This document shows positions 23,118 through 38,039 of a stretch of 64,000 nucleotides of DNA, one piece after another. Made by a program: the position numbers and the translations under genes. The notes under the pieces are model-generated. The model did no database searches. It was not told where the DNA came from and worked only from the letters and a program-made list of their open reading frames with translations. The DNA comes from Tilletiaria anomala UBC 951. Taxonomy: Eukaryota. Location: positions 1-64,000 of the forward strand of contig NW_013547015.1 in assembly GCF_000711695.1 (NCBI RefSeq), given 5' to 3'. The number at the start of each line of letters is the position of its first letter. Within the stretch, counting starts at the first letter, position 1.

Positions 23118-26100
23118 ATGGCGACCACCTCGCCCACGGATTGGTCTGCGACGCCGACCCAAGACAGGCCGGCCTTGCCGCCAGTGCCGGATCCTGAGGC
23201 GCAGGACGATGGAGCTGAGCAGCAGCTGGAACACAATGTGTCAATCGCAGAACCTTCACAACAGGCTGAGATTGATCATTCTGTGGAGCAACTTCCATCG
23301 CAAGCTGAAGAAAAAGAGCAACATCTCGCGGGTTCTTCTGATTCAATACAGTTAGCGGATGGTCCTGCCGACAACACATCGCAGCAACCTGCGATCTCTT
23401 CGGAAGGTCCGCAGGCAGGTGGCGTAGAGGGGGTGTTGCCATCAATACCAGAAGACAAACCCATGCCGCCTGCGCCTGCGATCGACGTGCAGTCTACAGT
23501 GACCAATGGTCCACCAGGCCCTGCAGAGGCAAATGCGTACCACAGTCGCACCGAATCTCTCGGAGGCTCAGGCAACACCCCAGCCGCCTCGGCAGCGATG
23601 CTATCCAGAACTACTTCCTCCCTGCATTCCACTTCGAATCGCTCCTCCGCAAGCATCAGCACGTCTGCCGTGCATTCTCGCAGCTCCCTGAGCTCACTCA
23701 CGAAAGGCTCTGCCGTTTTTGTGATTACGGCACTCGAAAGCATAGAAAAGTCCAAAGAGGCGCGTAAGAGCAAAGAGCTCAAAGCGGCGTGTACAAGCGC
23801 GCTGGAGATGGTCAAAACCGCCAGTGCGTCGGCGGCATCTAGCACAGGCATGGTACCTGGTCCAGGCGGTGGAGGGACAGCAGAAGCAATCCTTGATCCC
23901 AGGACTGTCTTCGAGCCCCTTCGCCTTGCATGCACAACAGGCAGCACTTCGATTGTCATAACTGCTGTCGACTGCATCAGCAAGCTTGTCTCTTATGCCT
24001 TCTTTGCTGAGGATTATCCGCCGCGCGCCTCACAGCAGCCTGCACTGGCTGACGTTGTGACCGACACGATCTGCAATGCGTTTATGGAAGGCTCCGACGA
24101 TAAGGCACAGCTGCAGATCATCAAGGCACTCCTTTCCATCGTCCTCAGCAGCAGCATTCATGTGCATCAAGGAAGCCTGCTTAAAGCTGTACGCACGGTA
24201 TACAACATCTTCCTTTTATCGAAGAGCCCGGCAAACCAAGCAGTCGCACAAGGCAGTCTGACGCAAATGGTCCACCACGTGTTTGGGCGTGTACCACGAG
24301 GAGGGGTTAGCGCAGGGAACAATGCAGACGGGACTCCTGCGGAGAGCGTTTCGCCGAGTAGACACGGGAGGAATGGGACAAGGAGCAGCAGCATCGTAAG
24401 CACAGTCGGCGAAGCGGCGCTCTTTGATCAGAAGCAGGAAGAGGCAAAGCCGCATGCAGGCGGCGCTTCCCCGATGACCAAGGCATCGGACCTGCCCGTC
24501 GCAGGATCAGAGCAGGGAATTGCTTCGAATGCTGACGAAGCCGAGGCCCCTGAAGAATCCGAGATTCCTCTCAATGACGAGGAGATTCCAGCGCCGGTTG
24601 CCCCTCCGAAAGACATCGCTGAGGAGACACGCCTGTCTGCAATGGATGATACACAAACCGCTCAGGAGGCGCCCCAGACGGAAGCGACAGAAGAGAAGGT
24701 GACACTGCAGTCCCTTGAACGACGGAAATCCTTCGAGGGCGCCAGTGAAGACGCGACAGCTGCTTCGCTTGGCAACATCAGTCAGCATGAGCTACTTGTC
24801 AAGGACGCTTTTCTCGTCCTGCGTGCCTTGTGTAAGCTCAGTATGAAGCCTCTTGGCGCGGAGAGCGAGCGTGATTTGCGGTCACATGGCATGCGGTCGA
24901 AGTTACTTTCGCTGCATCTCATCCTGACGATCCTCAAGAGCCATATGCAGGTCTTCCAGGACTCAAGCATCGTCATCCACAGCTCCTCTACTGGAGAGCA
25001 GACTGCATTCGTTCAGGCAGTCAAGCAGTACGTCTGCCTGAGCTTGAGCAGGAACGCCGTCAGCTCGGTCAACCAGATCTTTGAACTTGCTTGCGAGATC
25101 TTCTGGCTCGTTATGAGTGGCATCAGGGCCAAAATGAAGGTGAGTCGCAACGCGACCCGCTTTTATTGTACAAGTTTGGCGCTGACTCACCATTTCTGGT
25201 TACTTCCATAGAAAGAGATCGAGGTCCTTCTAAACGAGATCTTTTTGCCGATTTTGGAGATGCGCAATTCGACTGCCAAGCAGAAGTCGATCCTGCTCAA
25301 CGTCCTTATCCGACTTTGTCGAGACCCGCGGGCGCTGGTAGAGGTCTACATCAACTACGACTGCGATCGAACAGCACTAGAAAATATCTACGAACGGTTG
25401 ATGAACATTGCTTCACGAATCAGCCAGACGCATGTCGGGCCCGGATCGACGCTCAGTGCGCCCGAGCCGCTGAGCCCTGTCGCGCAACGCACAGATGAGT
25501 CAGGGCTAAGCTTCCTGCCTACGCTAGGCTCCAGTAGTTCGGCCGCGGCGGGTGAGCAGGACCCCGCATCTGCATCACAACCGGTCGAGGTGCGACTCAA
25601 GCGGCAGAGCCTCGAGTGTCTCTGCTCGGTACTCCGCTCCTTGGTGCTCTGGTCGAGTAGAAATGGGATTCCTGCAGAAGGGTCATCGTCACAAGGTGAT
25701 CTGAGCGGGTACCCTGTGGGCTTGTCAGCTGCACCAGCAGAGAACGGCAGCCCGCGGGCTAGCGAGGAGGCTCGGTATCCGGACACTCCACACGAGGGGC
25801 AACGAAGCATGGGCGACATGGGGTCGCCAAGTGGCGCTGCGACGCCGCTTGCGCCTAGCACACCAGACCCAGGGCGCTTGTCCATGTCCGTAGAGCAGGC
25901 GCAAGACGACCCGTCTCGCTTTGAATCTGCAAAGCAACGCAAAAATACGTTGCTCGAGGGAATACGCAAATTCAACCAAAAGCCAAAACGAGGCATCGAC
26001 TTTCTTGTTCAACATGGGTTCATTCGGTCGCGAGATCCGAGAGACATTTCTCGCTTTCTGCTGTACGCGGATGGACTCAATAAGGCGCAGATCGGAGAAT

Positions 26101-29100
26101 ACCTCGGAGAAGGAGAGCCGGAGAACATCGCCACGATGCACGCCTTTGTCGACCTGATGAACTTTGAGCGCATGCACTTTCTCGCTGCACTGAGAAAGTT
26201 TCTACAGGCATTCAGGCTTCCTGGGGAAGCGCAAAAGATCGACAGGTACATGCTCAAGTTCGCTGAGCGATATGTGGCCGGCAACCCCAACGTCTTTGCC
26301 AACGCCGACACTGCGTATGTCTTTGCATACTCGATCATTATGCTCAACACTGATGCACATAACCCGCAAGTCAAGCATCGCATGACGCTGCAAGACTTCA
26401 TTCGCAACAATGCGGGTATCGATGACGGCAAGGACTTGGCAGAGGAGTACTTGGCAGAAGTCTACGAGGACATTCTACACAATGAGATCAAGATGAAGGA
26501 TGAGGTGCTGGCTAGCAGCGGGCAAGCGGCTACTTCGACTGGGCTGGCCAATGCTATTGCTGGAGTCGGGCGGGACCTGCAACGCGAAGCATATGAATTG
26601 CAATCGGAAGGCATGGCCAACAAGACGGAAGCGCTGTTCCGCACGATGGTGCGAGCCCAACGGCGAGTCGCCCCGCAGCAACGCGCTGCTGCTGAGCGCT
26701 TCTTCTCGGCTTCGCACATCGACCATGTCAAGCCGATGTTCGAGGTTGCGTGGATGCCTTTCCTTGCAGGCATCAGTGGGCCGATGCAGGATAACGATGA
26801 CATGGATGTTGTCGAGCTCTGCCTGCAAGGTTTCCGTGATGCAATTCACATCGTTTGCCTCTTTGGCCTCGAGCTGGAGCGCAATGCTTTCGTCACTACG
26901 CTCGCCAAGTTCACTTTCCTCAATAACTTGGGCGAGATGAAGGCGAAAAACATCGAGGCCATCAAGACACTCCTCGGCATCGCTCAAACAGAAGGCAATT
27001 ACCTCAAAGGAAGTTGGCGAGAGCTACTAACCTGCGTGAGCCAGCTGGAGCGTTTCCAGCTGCTCAGTGGTGGTGTCGATGAAAAGTCGTTGCCGGATCT
27101 CGGTAGACGGAAAGTCAATGGGGCTACTCCGAGTGGCAAGCAGGCGCAGTTGGCGCCCAAGGCGAAGCAGGCTCTGCCGACCAATGAGGTGGTCCAGGCT
27201 GGCGGCTCCACCGAAGTCACGGTTGCGGCAGACATGGTTTTCTCTTCAACACCATCCTTAACAGGCTCGGCCATCGTCGACTTTGTTCAAGCCTTGTCCG
27301 AGGTATCTTGGGAGGAGATCCAATCATCCGGCATGACGGACAGCCCAAGGCTCTTTTCGCTGCAAAAACTGGTCGAAATCAGCTACTACAACATGGAGCG
27401 CATCCGCATGGAGTGGTCACACATCTGGGCAATCCTGGGAGAACATTTCAACCAGGTCCTTGTTACTTCATCGCCTTCCGTGTCAGCATTTTCAGTCGAT
27501 GCCCTGCGGCAGCTGTCTATGCGCTTTTTGGAGAAGGAGGAACTCCCGCGCTTCGCTTTCCAGAAAGACTTTTTGCGGCCCTTTGCCTACGCCATGGCCC
27601 ACAGTCCTGAAATTGAGACGCGCGAGATGGTGAGTCAAGGCTCTTCGACCGTGCTCCCGACCAGCATCGGCTGAGAAAGATGCGCCCTTCTTTTGTCTGC
27701 AGATTATTGATTGCCTCTGGCAAATGGTGCAAGCACGTTCTGCTAATCTACGCTCTGGGTGGACGAGTCTCTTTGTCATTTTGACAGCCGCTTCGAAAGA
27801 TTCGTCTGGTGAGCACCTCACATCGGGCAACAAAGTGCTCCAGGAACATTGCTGACGAGACGGTTTCCTGCAGAGCGAGTTTGTGCTCAAGCCTTTGACC
27901 TCACTCAGAGCCTATTCGAGTCGCACTTTCCGGAGATCCTACGCCATGGATTCGCAGACTTCACCGTTTGCCTGACCTCCTTCTCCAAATGCAAGGCGCA
28001 AAGAATATCCTTGCAGGCTATCGCTGTTTTGCGTGGACTCGTGCCTGCGATGCTGCGCTTGTCGGATGTGCCGGGCCACTTCCCATCGTCCCTCACCGCA
28101 GCGCATGCAACAGAGGGCGAACATCCGGCGCACGATGCGTTAGTGCAATTTTGGTTCCCTTGCTTGTTTGCTTTCTATGTGAGTCTCCTCCGCACAGGCC
28201 GTGAGTCAATCACTTGTTCAACTGAATATGTGTTTGACCCTCAGGACATCGTGATGAATGGAGATGATCTGGAAGTCCGCCGGGTGTAAGTCACTCTCAC
28301 ACATTGCTGACTGACGCGGTGGTAGCTGAGACACTTTTCCATCGTAGCGCACTTGATTCTCTTTTTGACATTCTCAAGAAGCACGGCCATACATTTAGGC
28401 CAGACTTTTGGGACACAATCTGCCAAGAAGTCCTGTTCCCCATTTTCTCTGTGCTTCGCTCGCGCAATGACGTGTCACGCTTCAGCACCCACGAGGACAT
28501 GAGCGTATGGCTCAGTACCACCATGATTCATGCTTTGCGCAATCTTGTCGACCTCTGGACGTTCTACTTTGACACTCTGGAGCGCTTGTTGCCGGGCCTC
28601 CTTGAGCTTCTCTGCGCCTGCATTTGTCAAGGTGAGACCGGCGCGCACAACTTATGATATTCAGGAGTGTGCCAAACTCACCCAGTCTTGTCTGGAATGC
28701 TGCAGAAAACGACACACTGGCGCGCATCGGCACGTCCTGCCTTCAGCAGCTCATCGAAAAGAACGTTACACGCTTGAACAACTTGCGATGGTCACAAGTG
28801 GTGGACACGTTCATGCAACTGTTCCGTACGACTACTGCGCACCAGCTCTTCGATCCTTCGCTTCGTGCCGGCGGTGCCGCAGTCCCTTCTCGACCGGGAA
28901 CGCCCGAGGAGCAGCAGCGCGCAAACGGATTCAGCACACCCCGGCCGTTGTCGCCTGGTGTGCGGCCAGACGGCGCCAGCGGCGCTCAGCTTCTACCACC
29001 GGTCGCCATGTCGTCGACTGATCGGCGTCGCGTATTCAAGCAGATCATCGTCAAGTGTGTCTTGCAACTCTTGCTCATCGATACGACGAATGAACTTCTA

Positions 29101-30186
29101 CACAACGACTGGGTCTACGAACGGGTCCCGCCTGACCAGCTGCTCCGGTTGCTCAACACGCTTCAAGACAGCTACGACTTTTCGAAACGCTTCAATGCGG
29201 ATAAGGACCTACGGATGGCGTTGTGGAAAGTGGGCTTCATGAAGCAACTGCCAAATTTGCTCAAGCAAGAAAGCAGCTCGGCATCCACGCTGGTGGCCAT
29301 CCTCGTCAAGATGCATGAGGACCCGAGAGCAACGCACGTCGCAGCACGCGTTGCGATCCGAAAGCGGTTCGTCCCGCTGGCGGAGGAGGTGGTGCTGAGC
29401 TACATCCCGCTCGACCCGGAGACGCAGGCGCGCAACATTATTGCCTGGACGCCGGTGGTCTCGGACGTGTTCCGTGGTGTCTTTTCGTTCAACGACAGCA
29501 ACCCTGCGAAAGAGAGCCACGGCGCCGCACAGTGGGATGCAGAGCCGGAGCAGTGGAACGAAGAAAACGCTACCTTCTCGTACTATGCACCCGTCTTTTA
29601 TCCGCTGGCGGTGGAACTGATCGGCAAGGAACCACTAGCGAGTGAAGTTGTCATCACGCTCAAGTCGTTCCTTTGGAAGGTCGGCATGGCCAAAGGGCTG
29701 TATGGTGGCCCGGATGGGGAGCAGCGTCGGCGCCGAGAAAGAGCACAAGAGCGGGAGCAGGGGCGCTCCAGCTCCAACTTGGACAACCCGCTGCGCATCC
29801 CGCCTTGGCCACGAGTAGCCAAGGCGAGCAATGGCAACGCAGATGAAAGTGCAGCAAGTGCCAACGCCAGCGACGCTCTGAGTCAGAGCTTGCTGAATGC
29901 CGGCAGCCATAGCCAGGGAGCAGCGACAGGTGACTCTGCTACAACCGCTGGACCACATCGCCCACAGCCTCTGTCGATCATCCCGCACGTCGTCAACGTT
30001 CCTGAGGTAGAGTCGGCGACGGTCAGCGCGCCGCTGACGAGTGAGAAGGAGGCAGCGCCAGAAGTTGTGGCACAAGGCGACGACGACGGTCATATGCGCG
30101 AGCGTGTTCAAGGTGGCTCGGCAGAGCAGGCGGACAGGGAGGCGACGATGGCGACTGCGCCGCAGGACCTTGTGGATTTGAGCTAG
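23118..30186 (+). CDS. SEC7: Large ARF guanine-nucleotide exchange factor Sec7/BIG
   Basis: DCB/HUS region (YINYDCD), Sec7 domain with FRLPGEAQKIDR and IIMLNTDAHNP, and HDS regions. Introns at approximately 25140-25211, 27630-27702, 27809-27872, 28179-28245, 28286-28347 and 28632-28706. Confidence 0.95.
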
Positions 30187-31084
30187 ATGATCGCGATATA
30201 GATGTGCATGGGGCTCCATGCTCCGCGCCCAACGACTACATGCATCGTCCATTCCTGCAGCGTGGCAGATATCGCGAGCTGGTTGGAGATCCACGAGGAA
30301 AGGAGGTTGATGGTGGTGCAGATGAAGCATATGCTCACCTTGCTTCCTCGATTGTATATCCCTGTGCCATTCTATGCTATGAGGTCTCGTTTAGGAACAT
30401 CGACATCGCATGGGATCGTGCCCCCTCCTGGATACCGTTCCCCAAAAAAAATCCGTCCCCACGACAGGAAATCCCACGGGCTTCCAGGGGATCTTGTAAG
30501 CATATCTGTTAAGTTCATTCAAATCGCTATGGTAGCCCAAATACATAGCTGGGTTGGGCCGGGGACAAGGACGCACATATTACCTTGCTTGGGCAAATTC
30601 CCGATGTAGCTATGACATGTGTATTTGGGTCGCTAGAAGAGCCAAAGAACCCCTTCCATTGCTGCTGATACAGCCACGTTGGGTGCAAGCCCGGATCTCA
30701 CGGGACTGCTTCCTCCGTTCCCATTCCCGTTACGAAATCGGGTCAAAAGCCCTGTTGCGGGAACGGGACAGTGGTGGATCGAGGGATTTCCCTGATAATG
30801 AAAATTCCTGTGAATTTCTAATTCTCAAACGAGAACTCTAGCTGTGCTATGCAATGCCATGCTCAGTGCAAGGCACTGCACTACAGCAGTCTCGTCGCTG
30901 TCCTCTCTTTCACACAGCCGGAGTTGCCGACGAGTTCGTCTGAAGTGCTGCCTCCCAAGCCTGAACACATATGAAAGCTACCTCCATTGCCAATTGGTGA
31001 CAGTGGTGTTCGTGGCGTATACAACGCCAACAGCCGCATCCAGACAGACAGCATTCAGGCGCCGTACCGCCAAGTCTGCCCATT

Positions 31085-34000
31085 ATGGACAGGTGAGCGG
31101 AGGCTTGCGTTGGTTGTGCAGGCTAGACCTGCCCGCGGGAGCGGGGTCTCTTCTCTGGGCCAAAGCTAACCCTTTCACTCTCTCCTTCCCCTTTCCCTCC
31201 TCCTAGCCTCGACTTGTCCACTCACCAGCTCATCCTCAATGAGCTCGCCGTCACCTTGGCATCCCAGGCATCCCATGGCAAGCTTTCCACAGCGGACACC
31301 GCCGCCCTCTATGGCTCCTCTCGCGGCGCCTCGGGTTCTAGTCGCAAGGTCAGCGGTAGCGGCAACGGCAAGTACCTGGTGAGTTTGACTGGGAGAGCGC
31401 ATTTATATGAATACTCGAGGTCAGACTTGCTCACGGCCCCTGCTTCCTTCCGGATTGCCTTAAGAACGTTACCGACATCCGGACGCAGATCGGCTTGGCC
31501 CAGTTCGCATCGTCGATCGCGCACTCAAAGCATGCCAGCGCCGAGGCGCACCTCGCGCCCGTCCTGCGCGAACTCACCGCGCTGCTGGCCGAGCTGTCCA
31601 ACACCGAGCTCGAGGAATCAATGGACTGGCAGGAATGGTGTCTGCCAGATCAGCTGGCGTGTGCCCTCGTCGCGTCCATGCTGCGCGTCGCCAATGCCGC
31701 GCCGCAGCACCGCGATAGCTGCGTCGGCGCCATCCTCACGCTCGCCCAGCGCCTATCGGACGGCCTCAGCGCGACGGCGGGGGACGCGCACATCGTCGCT
31801 GTCCGCCTTGTGCCCCTATTCCACGGCTTTTACCGCGCCGTCGCCAGCTTCGGCTTTCAATGGGGCGCAACCGAGTTTGCTCGCCTTGCAACGGCGCTCG
31901 CGCCACTGACCAGCACGGCGCAGACGGTGCGCCGCCTCAATGATGCCCTGCTCATCCTCCCCGAGCAGGAGGCTGCGCTTCAGCAGGCCAACCGAGCCAC
32001 GCGCCGCAAGCCCAAGGCGGCCACCGTTCGTCCTAACAACGACGATGAGGGCAATGACGATGGCAGGAGCGAGGGGTCCGTCGACACGTTCTTCTCTGGC
32101 GACGATGAGATCGAAGAGGACGAGCTGGACGCCGCCGCCAACCAGGGAGGCTTCGTCGACAGTTCCGACTCGGCTGCGTTCGACTTCCGTACGACGCTCC
32201 TCCTCCACTACCGCAAGGTCTTCCGCCCGCTCTCCGGCCACTTTGTCCTCTGTGCCGTTATCGAAGTCCTTGCGTCCGTCCTGTCACAGCTGCTCGCAGC
32301 GCACATCAAGACCAGCACCGCTGGTGCTTCGAAGTACTCAGTGCCTGCTTTCCGGCGCGACGCAGACGAAGCTGAGACGCTGCACCTGTCGCTCGAGCAC
32401 GACGCCTCCGCCACACGCAAGGCTTGGAAGTCCCTGCTTGCGAACCCCGTCGCCGATATTCACGTGCGCAGGCACAATGACATGAACAACCCCCAGGCGC
32501 CCGAAACGAGCGAAGTCAACACGACAGGGAGCACCGCCTCGCGCATCGTCAATGCGCTGCCCATCATCATCAATGGTGGCAATGGCTCTGCGGCGTTTAG
32601 AGACGACAGTCTTTCCGATGCGCTCTCCGCCCTGCCGACAAGCCTGTCCAGTGCGCTGAGCCAGACCCTGCATATGGCCAGCCGTGCATATCACGATGTG
32701 CATCGCTTCGTCGACAATGAGGGCAGCAAGCAGCGCAGTGCTAACGGCGACCTGCACATGGACATCTACGCCCTTGAGATCCTCGCCGAGTCGCTCAAGC
32801 TCGGTGCGCTGTGCTCAGTCGCGCAGGCGCGTGCCGGCGCCAGCTCGGTTGGGCGCAATGTCAACTCGCACACGCTCGTGCGCGTGCGCACGCTGCTCAG
32901 CGAGCAGGCCAGCGTCTTTGAGCCCGTCCTGCAGGGCGCAGCGCTTCAGGCGACCGGCTTCCTCGTGCTCAACTTCCCCGCCATTGCACTGCCCATGACG
33001 ACGCAGCTTCGACGCTTCGTCACCAGTCCGCTCGCCATGTTCGGCGTCGAGCCTGCGTCGACTGCACACACCATGTCGCCCATCCTCGCAAGCGCGGCCA
33101 AGGCATTGTGCGCCTGCGTCACCGCACATGGCAACGACGACCTCGTCGTCTCGACCATGTATACACTGCTCAACTACCTCGGAAAGGACATGAGCTTTGG
33201 CGGCTACGCAGCCGGCGGCGCCGCAGGCAGCGGCATCTCTGTGCGCAGCGGCGCCTCGCGCGCCGTCAGCGTGCGAGACCATGCCGTTATTGGCGGCGGA
33301 ATGCACCACGCCGGCTCGCTGACGAGCTTCGCGACGCGCACCGAAGAGCAGAAGGTCGCCATTACTGCCAGCACTATCGCGACCGTCTCGCGCCTGGCAA
33401 TCGAGGTCGGCCAGCCGGACGTGATTGCACTGACGACGAGCATGCTGCTGCAGCGTCTGCGCACGGCCGAAGCGCACGCCGAGGCCGCCTTGCTCGTGCA
33501 CCTCGTCCCTCTCGCTGTCGCCGGATCCAAAGTGTCGTTTGTCGAGGTCGTCCGCGCGCTCATCAACGCACTGCGCAGCGCCATGTCCGGTGGCGCGGGT
33601 AGGCGCGCCAGCCAGGCGGCACAGCAAGCCCTGCTCCGTCTTGCGCAGCGCCTTGGCCAGCGCCAGGAGTGTGAGGAGGGCGATACGAGCAGCGTAGAGC
33701 AGCAGGAGGCAGCAGTAGCCGTCGATGTTGGTGATAACACCGACCTCAGCTCCGGTCGCAAGGAGATCTACCTAGTCGAGCTGCTGCAGCTGTTCGCCGA
33801 AAAGGGCCAGCAGCTGCAGACGGCCGCTTCGTCTGGTAAAGCGAGCAAAGAGGAGCTGGCGGAGCTCAACACGGACTTGGCCAACCTTTTGCCGACAATT
33901 TCTGCGCTGCTCGCGCACTCCGACATCAACCCGCAGCTGAAGCCGACCGTCGAGATGGTCTCGCTCTTCCGCAACATGTGGTTCCTCTCTATTCTCTTTG

Positions 34001-37000
34001 GTTATGCCATGCCACCGACAGAGCGCAGAGCGGCAACAAGTGCCAGAGCTCCCGGCTCTGCTGCCGCTGCGCACGAGGAGCTCGTCAGCAGCGCACTAGC
34101 GTCCATCTCGCTGAAGACGCCGACGCTCGTCCCTGAGACGGCGCACAACTACCTCGAAAGCGACCTCGAGTACAATTCCGTGCTGAAGCGCGACTTCTCC
34201 GCCGCATCCATCGAGACGCAACGTAGGACGCTTGCGGTGCTCATCCCCTCGCACACGTCCGAAATTCGCTCGTTCAAGTTTGCCGAGCTGACGTTCCTGC
34301 AGACAATATTCAACCTCGAGTGCATGCGCAGCAGTCTCGGTCGTCCATCGATGATCCTGTGGTACTTTGTCAACGACGGCTTGAACAGCAGCTCTCTCGT
34401 CGGCAGCATGGAAGCCATCGCCGACAAAGTCATGCAGCAGTTCATCGCGGATATAGAGCCGCAGCTGTACGAGCATGCACTCGACCCACGCGTTTCAGCT
34501 GAAGTTAGGAACCTCCTCCTCGGCAGTGTACATCGCGTCAGCAAGGTCCGCGTCGTCTCGCGCAAGTTTCTCGATCGCCTCATCGGCGCCTACCCTTCCT
34601 TGCTCTGCGATGGTGACCTCGTCATTCTCATGCTCGAGATGCTCACACTCGTCAGGCACGGCTGCGAGTCCGAGTACAGGGATGAATACTCACCTGTCTA
34701 CCACTTCCACTCCGAGCGCGCCAACGTGGCCTTCGACATGTCCGACTCGTACCCCCAGCGCGAGGAGATCCTCCGCGACTTCCTTCAGCGCACCAGGACC
34801 TTCCTCGGCGCGCTTGTCGAGCGCGCACCTGTCGAGCTGCAGGGTATCCTTCAGAGGTACCTCAGCACGCTCGATGACACCTCCTTACCCGGCTACACTG
34901 AGCTTGGCAAGAGCGTAGCGCTCGAATACGCCAAGATGGTCGGTGTTGGGAACCGCCAGGAGACATTCCTACCGCCTCTTGGCGGCTGGACTGCCGACAC
35001 GTCCAGCACGCTTGTCAACGACCTCGTCGCCAAAAGCAACTACATGGGTGAAGTCACCGGCATCCATCTTGCGCTCACCAATGGGCTCGTGGAGCTTCGT
35101 AAGGACCCCAAAAAGAGCTTCTCGACGGTTAATATCCAGCAGTGCAAACAACAGCTTGCAGATGTCTCGCGCGAGCTCTTGTCCAAGAAGCCAAACGTGT
35201 CATTCGCCGAAACCCGTCGACTCTTGTACCGCACCGCAGCTTTGGCCGTCGCGCTGCCCGAGGTGAGTGGCTCCTTTCTTGCTTAGTGACGTGATTGCGA
35301 TCGAATGCTGATCGGTGAGCACCCTCCTTTGACGTGCAGATCGACTTTGACTTCCTGCACTACGTCGTCTCGATCCCCATTAGACTGTTCACACCCGCAT
35401 CGATCTTGACTGCTAGCCATGTCTGGACGTGGATCATCGGGGAGCGGCCAACTGCGGAAACTAAAATTATGGTCGAGGTCACCATCGGCTGGCTCTCAAC
35501 CATTCAGCTGCGCAAAGGCATCTTCTCGAAAAGTCTCAACAGTAAGCACCCGCTTCTGCAAAAGACCGAGATGAGCGCTTTCGATCGGCAAACCATCGTG
35601 GCCGAGCGCGAGGCGGCCACTAGGCTCTTCACGCCTCACCTCATCTTGCTGCGTATGATCTCGAGTCGCTACCAGGCTTTCCATTCGCGTGACCCTTCCA
35701 TGGTCCTCACCATGGCCCGCTTACTCGATCATTCCGCCAGGAGCGTCGACCGCATGAGCACGCATCCTCTCGCGAGAGAGGTGCGCTTCACGCTTGTACA
35801 CTTTGGTTTGCGCCTGCTTCAAGGGAGCAAGCTGGATGGCTTGGTCGAATTCCACTTGCGTCAAGGCTTGTACAAGATCGCTTTCGCTTGGTTTGCAGAG
35901 TGTCCCCAATGGTCGTTCGGCAGCAACCGGCTGCAGGTTCAGGCAGAGATGCGGCTCCTTTCAGACACTCTGAAACTGCTGGCGAGCGACAAGATGAGGG
36001 CCTCTCAAGTCATCACTAGCTTCCCTGCCGACATGGCTTATGTCCGCCTACCGGGCAGGCTCACCGTCGCCGAGTCGAGCCGCGCAGCCAGCGACCAGCG
36101 CTTGCTGCTCTCCTTGCTCGTTGAGAGTGAGCTCTCACGCTTCTCTGTCTGGAACAACCCGATGGCGGTTCCGGGCCGCGGCAGCGACTTTGTTGGCAAT
36201 GCGACAAAAAGCATGACAGAGGCCACCTGGGCTAGCGTTGTTCGAGTAGCTTGGTCTGTCAATCCCCAAGTCGCTGTGCAGATGACGCAGCGCTTCAAGT
36301 CGGCCGCCGTGACTGCAGAAGCCGGACGCCTCGTCCGAGCGGACCCCGGCAAGGTCGTTCGCAGCCCCGATGCTCTGGGCTTGCTCACGGAAAGCCATCT
36401 CCAGCTCGCTTTGCGCGAGGGTACGGATCTCAGGTGGCTGCTGTACTGGGCCGCTGTCACCCCTGTTGAGGGCATCGAGCTGTTTTCGCCAAAGTATGGT
36501 AATAACCCGATGCTGCTTCAATACGCCATGCGTGCACTCGAGGAGTTGCCCGTTGAGTTGACCTTCTTCTACGTCCCGCAAGTCGTTCAAGCGCTCCGCT
36601 CTGACGAGTATGGCTACGTTGAGCAGTTCATATTTGAGACATCCAAGATCTCGCAACTTTTCTGCCACCAGATCATTTGGAACATGAAGGCCAACTCGTA
36701 CAAGGACGACAATGCCGGGATCGAGGACCCGATGAAGCCGACCCTCGATCGCATGATCGAGAACATTGTCCATGCTTTGTCAGGCGAGTCCCAGAAGTTC
36801 TATAACCGCGAGTTCGGCTTCTTCGACGAGATCACGAGCATCTCGGGCAAGCTCAAGCCGTACATCAAGAAGAGCAAGCAAGAGAAGAAAGCCAAGATTG
36901 ATGAAGAAATGGCTAAGATCAAGGTCGACCCGGGCGTGTACTTGCCCAGCAATTCGGATGGCGTGGTTGTCGACATTGACCGCAAGTCTGGTAGACCGCT

Positions 37001-38039
37001 GCAGTCGCATGCCAAAGCGCCGTTCATGGCGACCTTCAAAGTGCACAGGGACGTGCTCAAGCCCGGCGCTGCCCTTGCAGACGATGGCGAAATGCAAAAG
37101 GAAGGAGTCGACGTTTGGCAAGCCGCCCTCTTCAAGGTCGGTGATGACTGCAGACAAGATGCTCTCGCCTTGCAGGTCATTGCAATGTTCAAGAACATCT
37201 TCACAAACGTTGGCTTGGACCTTTACCTCAATCCGTACTGCGTGGTCGCGACGGGGCCTGGTTGCGGTATCATTGACGCCGTGCCCAATGCCACGTCGCG
37301 CGACGAGATGGGTCGTGCAAAGATCAACAACTTGCTGTCTTTCTTCATTGGAAAGTACGGCAACCCGGACGGCATCGCGTTCCAAAAGGCGCGCCTGAAT
37401 TTCATCCAATCGATGGCTGCCTACTCGCTCGCGTGCTACATTTTGCAGATTAAGGACCGACACAATGGAAACATTATGATCGATGGCGACGGCCACATCG
37501 TCCACGTCGACTTTGGCTTCTTGTTTGACATTGGACCTGGTGGAATGAAGTTTGAACCGTGAGTTTTTGGGGCTTTTTTCTATTTTTCTTATACCAGGCC
37601 GACTGAGTCCATCATTTGCTTCTAGGAACTCGTTCAAGCTGTCGCACGAAATGGTGATGGTCATGGGCGGTGCCGCTTCGCAGGGGTTTAAGATGTTCTC
37701 CGAGCTGGTCGTCAAAGGCTTTCTCGCGATTCGTCCGTATGCGAAGGACATTATCTCCGTGTGCCACATGATGCTCGGCACGGATCTGCCATCATTCAAA
37801 GGCGAGCCGACGATCCATCGACTGCGCGATCGCTTCAAGCTGGAGATGACTGAGCGCCAGGCGGCCAAGTGGGCAGAGGGCCTCATTGCCGATGGCTTCG
37901 AGAACCCGCGCAGTACCTTCTACGACGGCTTCCAAAAGTTACAAAACGTGAGTGATAATTGTTTGCAGTCACTTGCTCCCTCGGAGGGATGCCCACTGAC
38001 TTGATCCCATTTTGCGCATCACAGGGCATCCCATACTAA
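31085..38039 (+). CDS. STT4: Phosphatidylinositol 4-kinase type III alpha Stt4
   Basis: Exons 31085-31092, 31207-31378, 31465-35262, 35340-37558, 37626-37947 and 38025-38039. Kinase motifs PLQSHAKAPF, FKVGDDCRQD, KDRHNGN and VDFGF, and the terminal NGIPY*. Confidence 0.95.

Noticed and set aside
30420..30800. Scattered CCGTTCCC/GGGAACGG inverted motifs between SEC7 and STT4
   Set aside because: Too short and degenerate, and no terminal inverted repeat or target-site duplication could be defined.
36780..37886. 368-aa antisense ORF inside STT4, and similar ones at 32815-33627, 38619-39368 and 46890-47552
   Set aside because: These are shadow ORFs expected from GC3-rich codon bias on the sense strand. 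They contain no recognisable motifs.
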